From Mycobacteriales bacterium (GTDB lineage: Bacteria > Actinomycetota > Actinomycetes > Mycobacteriales > JBJMIH01): 64,000 nucleotides of DNA. Positions 57,678 to 64,000 of the stretch are shown piece after piece. Positions within the stretch are counted from its first letter, which is position 1; each line of letters opens with the position of its first letter. The notes beneath the pieces are model-generated. The model was not told the DNA's origin, did no database searches, and saw nothing but the letters and a program-made list of their open reading frames with translations. The stretch spans positions 10,038 through 74,037 of the forward strand of contig JBJMIH010000031.1 in assembly GCA_045806985.1 (NCBI GenBank), read 5' to 3'. The translations under genes were made by a program, and so were the position numbers.

Positions 57678-58771
57678 CAGGCCCCCGCCACCTTCTCCAG
57701 CTTCTCCAGGGCGAAGCCGGCCTCGATCCACTTGCTGGACTCGATCGCGACGCCGGCGGCCCTGTCGCCGGCGGCCATCCGCGGCAGCAGCTGCTCCAGC
57801 TGGAAGAAGGGCAGCGCGTTGCCGTTGTTTCCGGTGCGGGCCACGCAGCTCACCTCGGCCGCGTCCCGCACCGCCAACCGCTCCACGATCCGGCCGGTCA
57901 TCGCGCCGGACAGCTGCGGCGGCAGCAGGTGGTCCAGGTCGTCCGGCTTCCAGTCCAGCCGGTCCAGCAGCTCGGTGAGGGTGTCGGCGGCCAGCTCGGG
58001 CACGGATTCCTCGATGGCCTTGTAGTCCTCGCCGCCGGCCGGCCGGTCCGCGTCGCGGTCGGCCAGCCCGAACCACTCCACGGTCTGGCCCGGCGGCCGT
58101 CCCCTGCCGACCAGGCGCACGAACGCGTCCCGCAGCACCACGTCACCGGCGCCGGCGGCCCCGGTGGCGGCGGCGGTGGCGGTGGTGGCGGCGGTGGGCT
58201 CGGTGGTCAGCACCGCCGCGCCGGCGCCGTCGCCGAAGAGCACCACGTTGACCAGCTGCTCCGGCGCCAGCGTGTGCAGGTCGAGGGTCAGGTCCAGGTG
58301 CTTGGCGCACACGTCGCCGCCGAGCACCAGCGCGGTACGGCACCGGCCCGCGCGCAGCATCGTCGCGGCCACGTCCAGCGCCTGGACGGCGCCCGAACAC
58401 CCCGACTGGAGCTGGTAGCTGGGTATCCCGTCGATCCCGATCCGGTCGGCGACCACGTTCACGGTGGCCGGCATGAGCGCGTCCGGCGTCGCGGTCCCCA
58501 TCACGATCAGCCCGACCTCCGCGGGCTCGACCTCCGCCTGCTCCAGCGCGGCCCGCCCCGCGGCGGTCGCCAGGTCCGCCAGCCCGCACCGCACCTCGCC
58601 CGACTCCAGGTCGACGGCGAGGTGCCGGCTCGCGGTCCCGACGAACGAGTCGATCCACTGCTCCCAGACCGAGTTCATCCCGAACCGCCTGGCCAGCATC
58701 GCGTTGCTGACCGGAGGACCCGGCAACTCCGTACCGACCCCGACCACTCGCACTTCCGGAACGCTCATCAC
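57677..58771 (-). CDS. FabH-like ketoacyl-ACP synthase III homologue (tetronate ring-forming; AbyA1/ChlM/Tmn15/RkD-position)
   Basis: 364 aa. The GTG at 58771 is followed immediately by an ATG at 58768, with GGTGGGGA upstream. Motifs seen: VRVVGVGTELPG, active-site Cys in QLQSGCSGAVQAL, VLFGDGAGAAVL, and GNNGNA at the FabH Asn position. The FabH HQAN position reads PPQLS by hand alignment. Confidence 0.9.
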   Translation of the reverse strand: MMSVPEVRVVGVGTELPGPPVSNAMLARRFGMNSVWEQWIDSFVGTASRHLAVDLESGEVRCGLADLATAAGRAALEQAEVEPAEVGLIVMGTATPDALMPATVNVVADRIGIDGIPSYQLQSGCSGAVQALDVAATMLRAGRCRTALVLGGDVCAKHLDLTLDLHTLAPEQLVNVVLFGDGAGAAVLTTEPTAATTATAAATGAAGAGDVVLRDAFVRLVGRGRPPGQTVEWFGLADRDADRPAGGEDYKAIEESVPELAADTLTELLDRLDWKPDDLDHLLPPQLSGAMTGRIVERLAVRDAAEVSCVARTGNNGNALPFFQLEQLLPRMAAGDRAAGVAIESSKWIEAGFALEKLEKVAGA

Positions 58772-58839
58772 GTCCCCACCGTGCGACCCGCACCTAAAGT
58801 CGCCCTAACGCCCCCCTTGTCCCGCGGCCCGCCGGCGGC
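58772..58839 (-). promoter_or_regulatory. Short intergenic region between the TetR stop and the first tetronate gene; possible operon promoter/operator or read-through junction
   Basis: This 68-bp stretch is the largest non-coding gap upstream of the 58-kb gene string. It holds a GC-rich imperfect palindrome right after the TetR stop, then ...gcgttagggcgactttaggtgcgggtcgcacGGTGGGGAcgtgATG. No convincing -35/-10 pair was seen. Confidence 0.25.
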
Positions 58840-59484
58840 CTACCGGGGATCGGTGGTGAGGTAGGCGACGACCATGTCGCCGACCATGCGGCGTTGCTTT
58901 CGGCGGTATCCGGGGTCGGTCAGGTCACGGCCGAACAGGGCGCCGAAGGTGTGCTGGTTGGCGACGCGGAAGAAGCAGAACGCGCTGATCATCAGGTGCA
59001 GGTCGAGCGCGTCGGCCGGGGCGACGAAGTCGCCGCTGGCGCGGCCGGCCGCGAGGATCCTGGAGATCAGGTCGAGCACGGGCGCGCCCAGGTTGACCAG
59101 CAGGTCGGACTTGCGCAGGTGCTCGGCGCGGTGGATGTTCTCGATGCTGACCAGCCGGATGAAGTCGGGATGCGCGTCATGGTGGTCGAAGGTCAGCTCG
59201 GCCAGCGTGCGGATCGCCTCGACCGGGGCCAGGTGGGCCACGTCGATGCTGGCCTCGGCGGCGCGGATCTCGCTGTACGCCCGCTCCAGCACGGCGATGT
59301 AGAGCTGCTCCTTGCCGCCGAAGTAGTAGTAGATCATCCGCTTGGTGGTGCGGGTCAGCGCCGCGATCTCGTCCACCCGCGCGCCGTCGTACCCCTGCCG
59401 AGAGAACTCGCGCATGGCGACGTTCAGGATCTCTGCCCGGGTGCGTTCCGCGTCGCGCTGGCGCATCGCCGCCAGTCTAGACAC
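58840..59484 (-). CDS. TetR-family transcriptional regulator
   Basis: 214 aa. The N-terminal HTH region ERTRAEILNVAMREFSRQGYDGARVDEIAALTRTTKRMIYYYFGGKEQLY is the TetR signature. GTG start at 59484; an alternative ATG lies at 59466. It sits 68 bp upstream of the FabH-like gene and 1 nt downstream of the preceding stop. Confidence 0.9.
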   Translation of the reverse strand: MSRLAAMRQRDAERTRAEILNVAMREFSRQGYDGARVDEIAALTRTTKRMIYYYFGGKEQLYIAVLERAYSEIRAAEASIDVAHLAPVEAIRTLAELTFDHHDAHPDFIRLVSIENIHRAEHLRKSDLLVNLGAPVLDLISRILAAGRASGDFVAPADALDLHLMISAFCFFRVANQHTFGALFGRDLTDPGYRRKQRRMVGDMVVAYLTTDPR

Positions 59485-59485
59485 G

Positions 59486-60286
59486 TCAGCCGAGGTAGGC
59501 GGGCAGTACCGAGGGCGGTACGGGTCCCTTGTTCCGCCGGCCCTGGCCCGCCTCCTCCCACGCGTGCGCGAGGATGCCGACGCTCCTGCTCAGCACGAAA
59601 AGGCCGCGGGCCAGCGGCGCCGGGAAGCCCAGCTCGGCGAAGATGATCGCGGTGGCGCCGTCGATGTTCATCGGCACCGGCCGGCGCCGGACCGTGGTGA
59701 GGCGCGCCTCCAGCGCCAGGCCGGCGCGCAGGTGGTCCCCGGCGACCAGCCCGTCCCGCACGGCGCCGTCCACCAGCGACAGCAGCGGGTCGCGGCGCGG
59801 GTCGACGGGATGGAACCGGTGCCCGAACCCGGGCAGGTAGCGCGGCCCCTCGGCGATCACCCGGTCCGCGGCCGCGGCCAGGTCGAGGCCGGTCGCGGCC
59901 AGCTCCCGTACCCGGTCCAGCAGCTCGACGCACTGCTCGCCGGCCCCGCCGTGCACGTCGCCGAGCACGTTGACGCCGCTGGCCACCGCGTTGTTGAGGC
60001 CGACACCGCAGGTGACCGCCATCCGGGCGATCGCCACCGACGGCGCCTGCGGGCCGTGGTCGACGGCGGCGACCAGCGCCGCCTCCAGCAGCCGGGCCCG
60101 GCCGGGGTCGGGCAGCTCGCCGCGCAGCATCAGCCAGATGACGCCGGCCAGGCCGGTCCGGCCGATGAGGTCCTGCACCGGCCGCCCGCGCAGCTCCAGC
60201 ACGCCGGGTTCCATCCGGGACACCGCCGTACCCCACCAGCCGGCCACCTGGCCGGTCGGGTCGACGTCGTTGACCGGGCCGGTCAT
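59486..60286 (-). CDS. Short citrate-synthase-family protein (citryl-CoA lyase-like)
   Basis: 266 aa from the ATG at 60286 (MTGPVNDVDPTGQVAGWWGT...). GDVHGGAGE and PGFGHRFH resemble citrate synthase catalytic His motifs. It is far shorter than a full citrate synthase. ATGA overlap with the CoA-transferase stop. The upstream part of the track ORF (to 60889) is Arg/Pro-rich and was rejected. Confidence 0.75.
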   Translation of the reverse strand: MTGPVNDVDPTGQVAGWWGTAVSRMEPGVLELRGRPVQDLIGRTGLAGVIWLMLRGELPDPGRARLLEAALVAAVDHGPQAPSVAIARMAVTCGVGLNNAVASGVNVLGDVHGGAGEQCVELLDRVRELAATGLDLAAAADRVIAEGPRYLPGFGHRFHPVDPRRDPLLSLVDGAVRDGLVAGDHLRAGLALEARLTTVRRRPVPMNIDGATAIIFAELGFPAPLARGLFVLSRSVGILAHAWEEAGQGRRNKGPVPPSVLPAYLG

Positions 60287-61479
60287 GACGCCGTCGCCTC
60301 CCCGGCCCAGTCGCGCCAGCGGGCCACCAGCCCGTCCCGCTCGGCGTTGTGCTCGCCGAGCAGCGGCGGCGGCGCGGTGGCCGCGAGGGGCTCGCCGTCG
60401 TGCAGCACGCCGCTGCCGCTGACCCGCACCGTCCGTCCCGACCCGTCCGGGAACGGCAGGTCGGTGAAGAAGCCGCGGTGGGCGAGCTGGTCCAGCCCGA
60501 CCGCCTCCGGGACGGTGACGACGCGGGCGGCCGGCACGCCGGCGGCGGTGAGCAGCCGTTCCCACTCGGTGGCCGGCCGGGTCCGCAGCGCGCCGGTCAG
60601 CTCCCGGTTGAGCGCGTCGCGGTGGGTGCGGCGGTCCTCCCGGTCGGCGAACCGCCGGTCGGTGGCCAGGTCGGCCCTGCCCACCACCGCGCACAGCGTC
60701 TCGAACTGCCGCTGCTGGTTGGCGGCGATGTTCAGGGCGCCGTCGGCGGTGGCGAAGGTGCCGGACGGCGCCGCGGTCGCGTTCTGGTCGCCCATCGGCT
60801 CCGGCGCGACCCCGCTGACCAGGTAGTGGGTGACGGTCCATGCCATCGCCGAGAGCGCGACCTCCAGCATGGACAGGTCGAGGTGGCAACCCCGGCCGGT
60901 GCGCTCGCGGCCGGCCAGCGCGGCGCAGATGTGCAGCGCCGCGGCCAGCCCGCCGAGCGTGTCGCAGACCGGGAAGCCGACCCGCAGCGGCACGGTGTCC
61001 GGCGTGCCGGTGACGCTCATCATCCCGGACAGTCCCTGGATGATCTGGTCGTACGCGGGCGCCTGGCTCATCGGCCCGTCCTGGCCGAAGCCGGAGATCG
61101 CGCAGTACACCAGGCGCGGGTTGAGCTCGCCGAGCCGGGGCCAGCCGTACCCGAGCCGGGCCAGCACCCCGGCGCGGAAGTTCTCCAGCAGCACGTCGGC
61201 GCCGCGCACCAGGTCGGTGAACACCGCCCTGTCCGCGGTGTCCTTGAGGTCGAGCTCGACGGACTTCTTGCCGGCATTCTGGGCGAGGAAGGAGGCGCCC
61301 AGGCCGGCCCGGTTCAGCGCCGGCTCCGGCCCGAGGTGCCTGGCCAGGTCGCCCTGCCCGGGCACCTCGACCTTGACGACTTCCGCGCCGAGCAGCGCGA
61401 GCTGGTAGGCGCAGTACGGACCGGCCAGCACGTTGGTGAGGTCGACCACGCGTACGCCGTCGAGCGGTCGCTGCTGCAT
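60283..61479 (-). CDS. CaiB/BaiF-family (class III) CoA-transferase
   Basis: 398 aa from the ATG at 61479. MQQRPLDGVRVVDLTNVLAGPYCAYQLALLGAEVVKVE is the canonical family N-terminus. ENFRAGVLARLG and GFPVCDTLGG (catalytic Asp region) are also present. Confidence 0.88.
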   Translation of the reverse strand: MQQRPLDGVRVVDLTNVLAGPYCAYQLALLGAEVVKVEVPGQGDLARHLGPEPALNRAGLGASFLAQNAGKKSVELDLKDTADRAVFTDLVRGADVLLENFRAGVLARLGYGWPRLGELNPRLVYCAISGFGQDGPMSQAPAYDQIIQGLSGMMSVTGTPDTVPLRVGFPVCDTLGGLAAALHICAALAGRERTGRGCHLDLSMLEVALSAMAWTVTHYLVSGVAPEPMGDQNATAAPSGTFATADGALNIAANQQRQFETLCAVVGRADLATDRRFADREDRRTHRDALNRELTGALRTRPATEWERLLTAAGVPAARVVTVPEAVGLDQLAHRGFFTDLPFPDGSGRTVRVSGSGVLHDGEPLAATAPPPLLGEHNAERDGLVARWRDWAGEATAS

Positions 61480-61514
61480 CCGGCTGCTCCTCGGTCGGCT
61501 CGGGTCAGGGTCGC

Positions 61515-62354
61515 TCAGGTCGAGGGGCTGAGCGGGTGCTCGAAACCGCGCTCCGACATCCGGGCGGCGACCTCGCGCAGGTCCCCGGCGAACTCCTCGA
61601 CACGGTCGTCGGTGAAGCGGACGGTGGGCCCGCTGAGCGAGAGCGCGGCGACCACGGCGCCGGACCGGCCGGTGACCGGCGCGGCCACCGCCGACAGCCC
61701 GTCCTCGCGCTCGCCGTGGCTCACCGCCCAGCCGCGGTACGCCACCTCGTCGATCCACTCGCGCAGCCGCCGCACGTGCTCCGGCCCGTACGGGGAGGCG
61801 GCCGCGACCCTGGCCAGCAGCGTGTCGGGCGCGTCGCGGAGCAGCACCTTCGCGGACGCGCCCGCCCACAACGGAAGCTCGTCGCCGACGTGCACCACGT
61901 GCCGCAGCGGTTGCGGGCTCTCCTGCTGGGCGACGCAGACGCGCCAGGTGTCGCGCCGCAGGTACAGGTTGACGGTCTCGCGCTGCCGCGCGCCCAGGTC
62001 GCGGATGAGCTTGCGGGTCTCCGGGGGCAGCTCCCAGCCGCTGCGGACCAGGTGCGCCCACCGCCAGAGGCCGGGGCCGGCGCGGTACCCGCCCGGCGTC
62101 GCCCACAGCAGGCCGTTGCGCTCCAGCGTCTGGGCCAGCCGGATCGCGGTGGTCTTGGCCAGGCCGGTGGCCGTCACGATGTCCCTGATCGAGATCGACG
62201 GGCGCTCCTCGGTCAGCAGCGCCAGGATGTCGAGGGCCCGCTGGACGCTCCGGACGCCCGACTGTTCGGTGTCCTCGTTCTCCGCGATCACATCCGGGAG
62301 CCTACTCCACGGTCCGTGTACCGGTCCAGGCGCGCCGTCAAGTGGCACCGGCAC
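61515..62354 (-). CDS. IclR-family transcriptional regulator
   Basis: 279 aa with a GTG start. The wHTH region is VRSVQRALDILALLTEERPSISIRDIVTATGLAKTTAIRLAQTLERNGLL. The C-terminal effector domain contains GWAVSHGEREDGLSAVAAPV. The true start may be a little further downstream. Confidence 0.88.
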   Translation of the reverse strand: MPVPLDGAPGPVHGPWSRLPDVIAENEDTEQSGVRSVQRALDILALLTEERPSISIRDIVTATGLAKTTAIRLAQTLERNGLLWATPGGYRAGPGLWRWAHLVRSGWELPPETRKLIRDLGARQRETVNLYLRRDTWRVCVAQQESPQPLRHVVHVGDELPLWAGASAKVLLRDAPDTLLARVAAASPYGPEHVRRLREWIDEVAYRGWAVSHGEREDGLSAVAAPVTGRSGAVVAALSLSGPTVRFTDDRVEEFAGDLREVAARMSERGFEHPLSPST

Positions 62355-62469
62355 GGATCTGTTTTGACCTCTTCCCTTCTTTGAACAGCGTCACTATAAA
62401 TAACTCACCAGTTCGTACATTAGGCACCGATCCGCTGGTTGGTACGGACAGACCGTCCTGGGAGGGCCG
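62355..62469. promoter_or_regulatory. AT-richest intergenic region of the window, between divergent IclR and aldehyde dehydrogenase genes; candidate divergent promoters / IclR operator
   Basis: The sequence is ggatctgttttgacctcttcccttctttgaacagcgtcactataaataactcaccagttcgtacattaggcaccgatcc. TTGACC/TTGAAC-like and TATAAA/TATAGT-like hexamers occur on both strands, but their spacings do not fit a canonical sigma-70 promoter as I counted them. Confidence 0.35.
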
Positions 62470-63951
62470 ATGCTGGACACCCTGGTCACGGCCGCCGCCG
62501 GAACCGGTCCGGTGACCGTCCCGGCGCGGATCGGCGGCGCCTGGACGGACGCCGGTACCAGGCACGACCGGCTCGGACCGTACACCCGCACCGCGGTCAG
62601 CACGGCCCCGTGGGCGAGCCGGACCGACATCGCCGCCGCCCTCGACTACGCGGCGGCCGCCGCGCCGGTGCTGGCCGCGACCGCGCCGGCCGCCCGTGCC
62701 GACGTCCTCGAGCGCGCCTCGGCGGCGGCGGCCCTGCACCGCGACGACCTCGCCAGGCTGCTCGCCGTCGAACTCGGCAAGCCGGTCAAGGACGGGCGCG
62801 GCGAGATCGACAGGGTCGGCGAGACCTTCGCGGTCTGCGCGGCCGAGGCCCGCCGGATCGGCGGTGAGGTGCTGCCGTCGGCCGGCTGGGCGCGCGGCGT
62901 CGGCACCACCGCGCTGACCCACCGGGCGCCGGCCGGCGTGGCGCTGGCCATCACGCCGTTCAACGCGCCAGCCAACCTGCTCGCGCACAAGCTCGGCGCG
63001 TCCTTCGCGGCCGGCAACACCACGATCGTCAAGGCGCCGCCGCAGGCACCGGCCAGCTCCGCCGCGGTGGTGGCGCTGCTGCTGGCCGCCGGCGCTCCCG
63101 CCGAGGCGGTGCAGCTGCTGCACGGCGGCGGCGAGGTGGGCGCGGCGTTGTGCGCGGCGCCCGAGGTCGACGTCATCAGCTTCACCGGGAGCCCGGCCAC
63201 GGGCGCGGCCGTGGCGCGGGCGGCCGGCGCCAAGCGGCTGGTGCTGGAGCTGGGCGGCAACGCGGCCACCATCGTCTGCGAGGACGCCGACGTCGCGGCC
63301 GCCGCCCGGACCTGCGCCGCCACCGGGTACTCCAACTCCGGCCAGAGCTGCGTCTCGGTGCAGCGGGTGTACGTGCACCGGTCCCGGTACGCGGAGTTCC
63401 TCGACCTGTTCACCGCGGCGGTCGGCGCGCTGGTGGTGGGCGACCCGCTCGACTCGGCGACCGACGTCGGGTCGATGGTGGACGACGAGGCGGCCGAGCG
63501 GGTGGTGCGGTGGGCCGCCGAGGCCGCCGCCGGCGGCGGCCAGGTGCTGCTCGGGGGTACCCGGAAGGACGCGACGGCCGCCCCGACGGTGGTGGCCGAC
63601 CCGTCGCCGGACGCCTCCGTCGTCACCCGGGAGGTGTTCGGGGCGCTGGTGGCGGTGCTCCCGTACGACGACTTCGCCGCCGTGGTCGCCACTCTCAACG
63701 CGAGCCGGTACGGCCTGCAGGCCGGCCTGTTCACCGGCGACCTCGGCCGGGTCGTCGCCGCCTGGCGCGACCTGCGGGTCGGCGGGCTGGTCGTCAACGG
63801 CTCCTCCAACTTCCGGCTCGACCACGTGCCGTTCGGCGGCGTGAAGGACTCCGGCTTCGGCCGGGAGTCGCCGCGCTGGCTGATCGAGGACTTCACGGTG
63901 GTCAGGACCCTGCTGCTGCGCGGCATGTCGCTGTGGGGCGAGCGGCGGTGA
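62470..63951 (+). CDS. NAD(P)-dependent aldehyde dehydrogenase
   Basis: 493 aa. ATG preceded by GGGAGGG. ALDH motifs seen: ITPFNAP, FTGSPATG, LELGGNA (Glu active site), and GQSCVSVQRVYV (Cys active site). Confidence 0.9.
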   Translation: MLDTLVTAAAGTGPVTVPARIGGAWTDAGTRHDRLGPYTRTAVSTAPWASRTDIAAALDYAAAAAPVLAATAPAARADVLERASAAAALHRDDLARLLAVELGKPVKDGRGEIDRVGETFAVCAAEARRIGGEVLPSAGWARGVGTTALTHRAPAGVALAITPFNAPANLLAHKLGASFAAGNTTIVKAPPQAPASSAAVVALLLAAGAPAEAVQLLHGGGEVGAALCAAPEVDVISFTGSPATGAAVARAAGAKRLVLELGGNAATIVCEDADVAAAARTCAATGYSNSGQSCVSVQRVYVHRSRYAEFLDLFTAAVGALVVGDPLDSATDVGSMVDDEAAERVVRWAAEAAAGGGQVLLGGTRKDATAAPTVVADPSPDASVVTREVFGALVAVLPYDDFAAVVATLNASRYGLQAGLFTGDLGRVVAAWRDLRVGGLVVNGSSNFRLDHVPFGGVKDSGFGRESPRWLIEDFTVVRTLLLRGMSLWGERR

Positions 63952-64000
63952 GGGCGGTCGCGCTGGTCGCGCCCGGCGAGGTGGCCGTCATGGACGACTG
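63948..64000 (+). CDS. Probable zinc-type (MDR) alcohol dehydrogenase, first ~17 codons only
   Basis: The GTG at 63948 overlaps the ALDH stop (GTGA). VRAVALVAPGEVAVMDD resembles MDR N-termini (M.A.vl..pg.v.....). Too short to be sure. Confidence 0.35.
   Translation, partial: MRAVALVAPGEVAVMDD

Noticed and set aside
57678-58076. N-terminal extension of the FkbH-like ORF in the track (start at 58076, 758 aa).
   Set aside because: The extra 133 codons overlap the well-supported FabH-like gene in another frame and are Arg/Gly-rich. The ATG at 57677 gives MSTPLAELL..., a normal FkbH-like length, and a start overlapping the FabH-like stop.
58815-58838. GC-rich imperfect palindrome (ggccgccggcgggcc in the minus sense) immediately after the TetR stop, considered as an intrinsic terminator.
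   Set aside because: The stem is imperfect, there is essentially no loop, and no U-tract follows. I cannot support a terminator call, so it is noted only within the intergenic regulatory feature.
60287-62106. Long N-terminal extensions of track ORFs 59486..60889 and 60283..62106.
   Set aside because: The upstream parts overlap the neighbouring real genes out of frame and are low-complexity. The internal ATGs at 60286 and 61479 give canonical family N-termini and an ATGA coupling.

Overview
Very GC-rich actinomycete DNA in which positions 62354 down to 920 form one co-directional minus-strand gene string. The core looks like a tetronate / modular type I PKS biosynthetic gene cluster.

Cluster content:
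- A five-gene tetronate cassette at 53733-58771: FabH-like KSIII, FkbH-like glyceryl-ACP synthase, discrete ACP, E2-like acyltransferase and alpha/beta hydrolase. This is the AbyA1-A5 / ChlM-ChlD1-D4 gene order.
- The cassette is translationally coupled to four PKS genes (34778-53743, 19664-34774, 8529-19667, 4287-8522). They encode a KSQ loading module plus 9 extension modules.
- There is no thioesterase. This fits off-loading by tetronate ring formation.
- Directly downstream, in the same orientation, lie a DHA2-type MFS exporter and three tandem paralogous secreted small proteins. Each has a conserved Cys pair and a dirigent / allene-oxide-cyclase-like look.

Flanks:
- Left: a small DUF5988-like ORF and a divergent acyl-CoA carboxylase beta-subunit gene, open at the window edge.
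- Right: a TetR gene, a citrate-synthase-like/citryl-CoA-lyase-like plus CaiB-type CoA-transferase pair, and an IclR regulator. A divergent aldehyde dehydrogenase follows, then the first codons of a probable zinc alcohol dehydrogenase.

Points worth a second look:
- Module 4 is KS-AT-DH-ACP. Its DH looks intact but there is no KR.
- The terminal module carries a decayed KR and a variant ACP motif.
- No recognisable [4+2] cyclase or tailoring gene is present, even though the domain logic predicts Diels-Alder-ready diene and dienophile pairs.
- The three secreted beta-barrel-like paralogs sit at the operon end.
- The PKS genes are a clear mosaic, with near-identical tracts and low-GC3 KS/AT segments shared between modules.

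I saw no tRNA, rRNA, CRISPR array or transposase. Sequence alone cannot show whether this cluster is already described; that needs a MIBiG/BLAST comparison.
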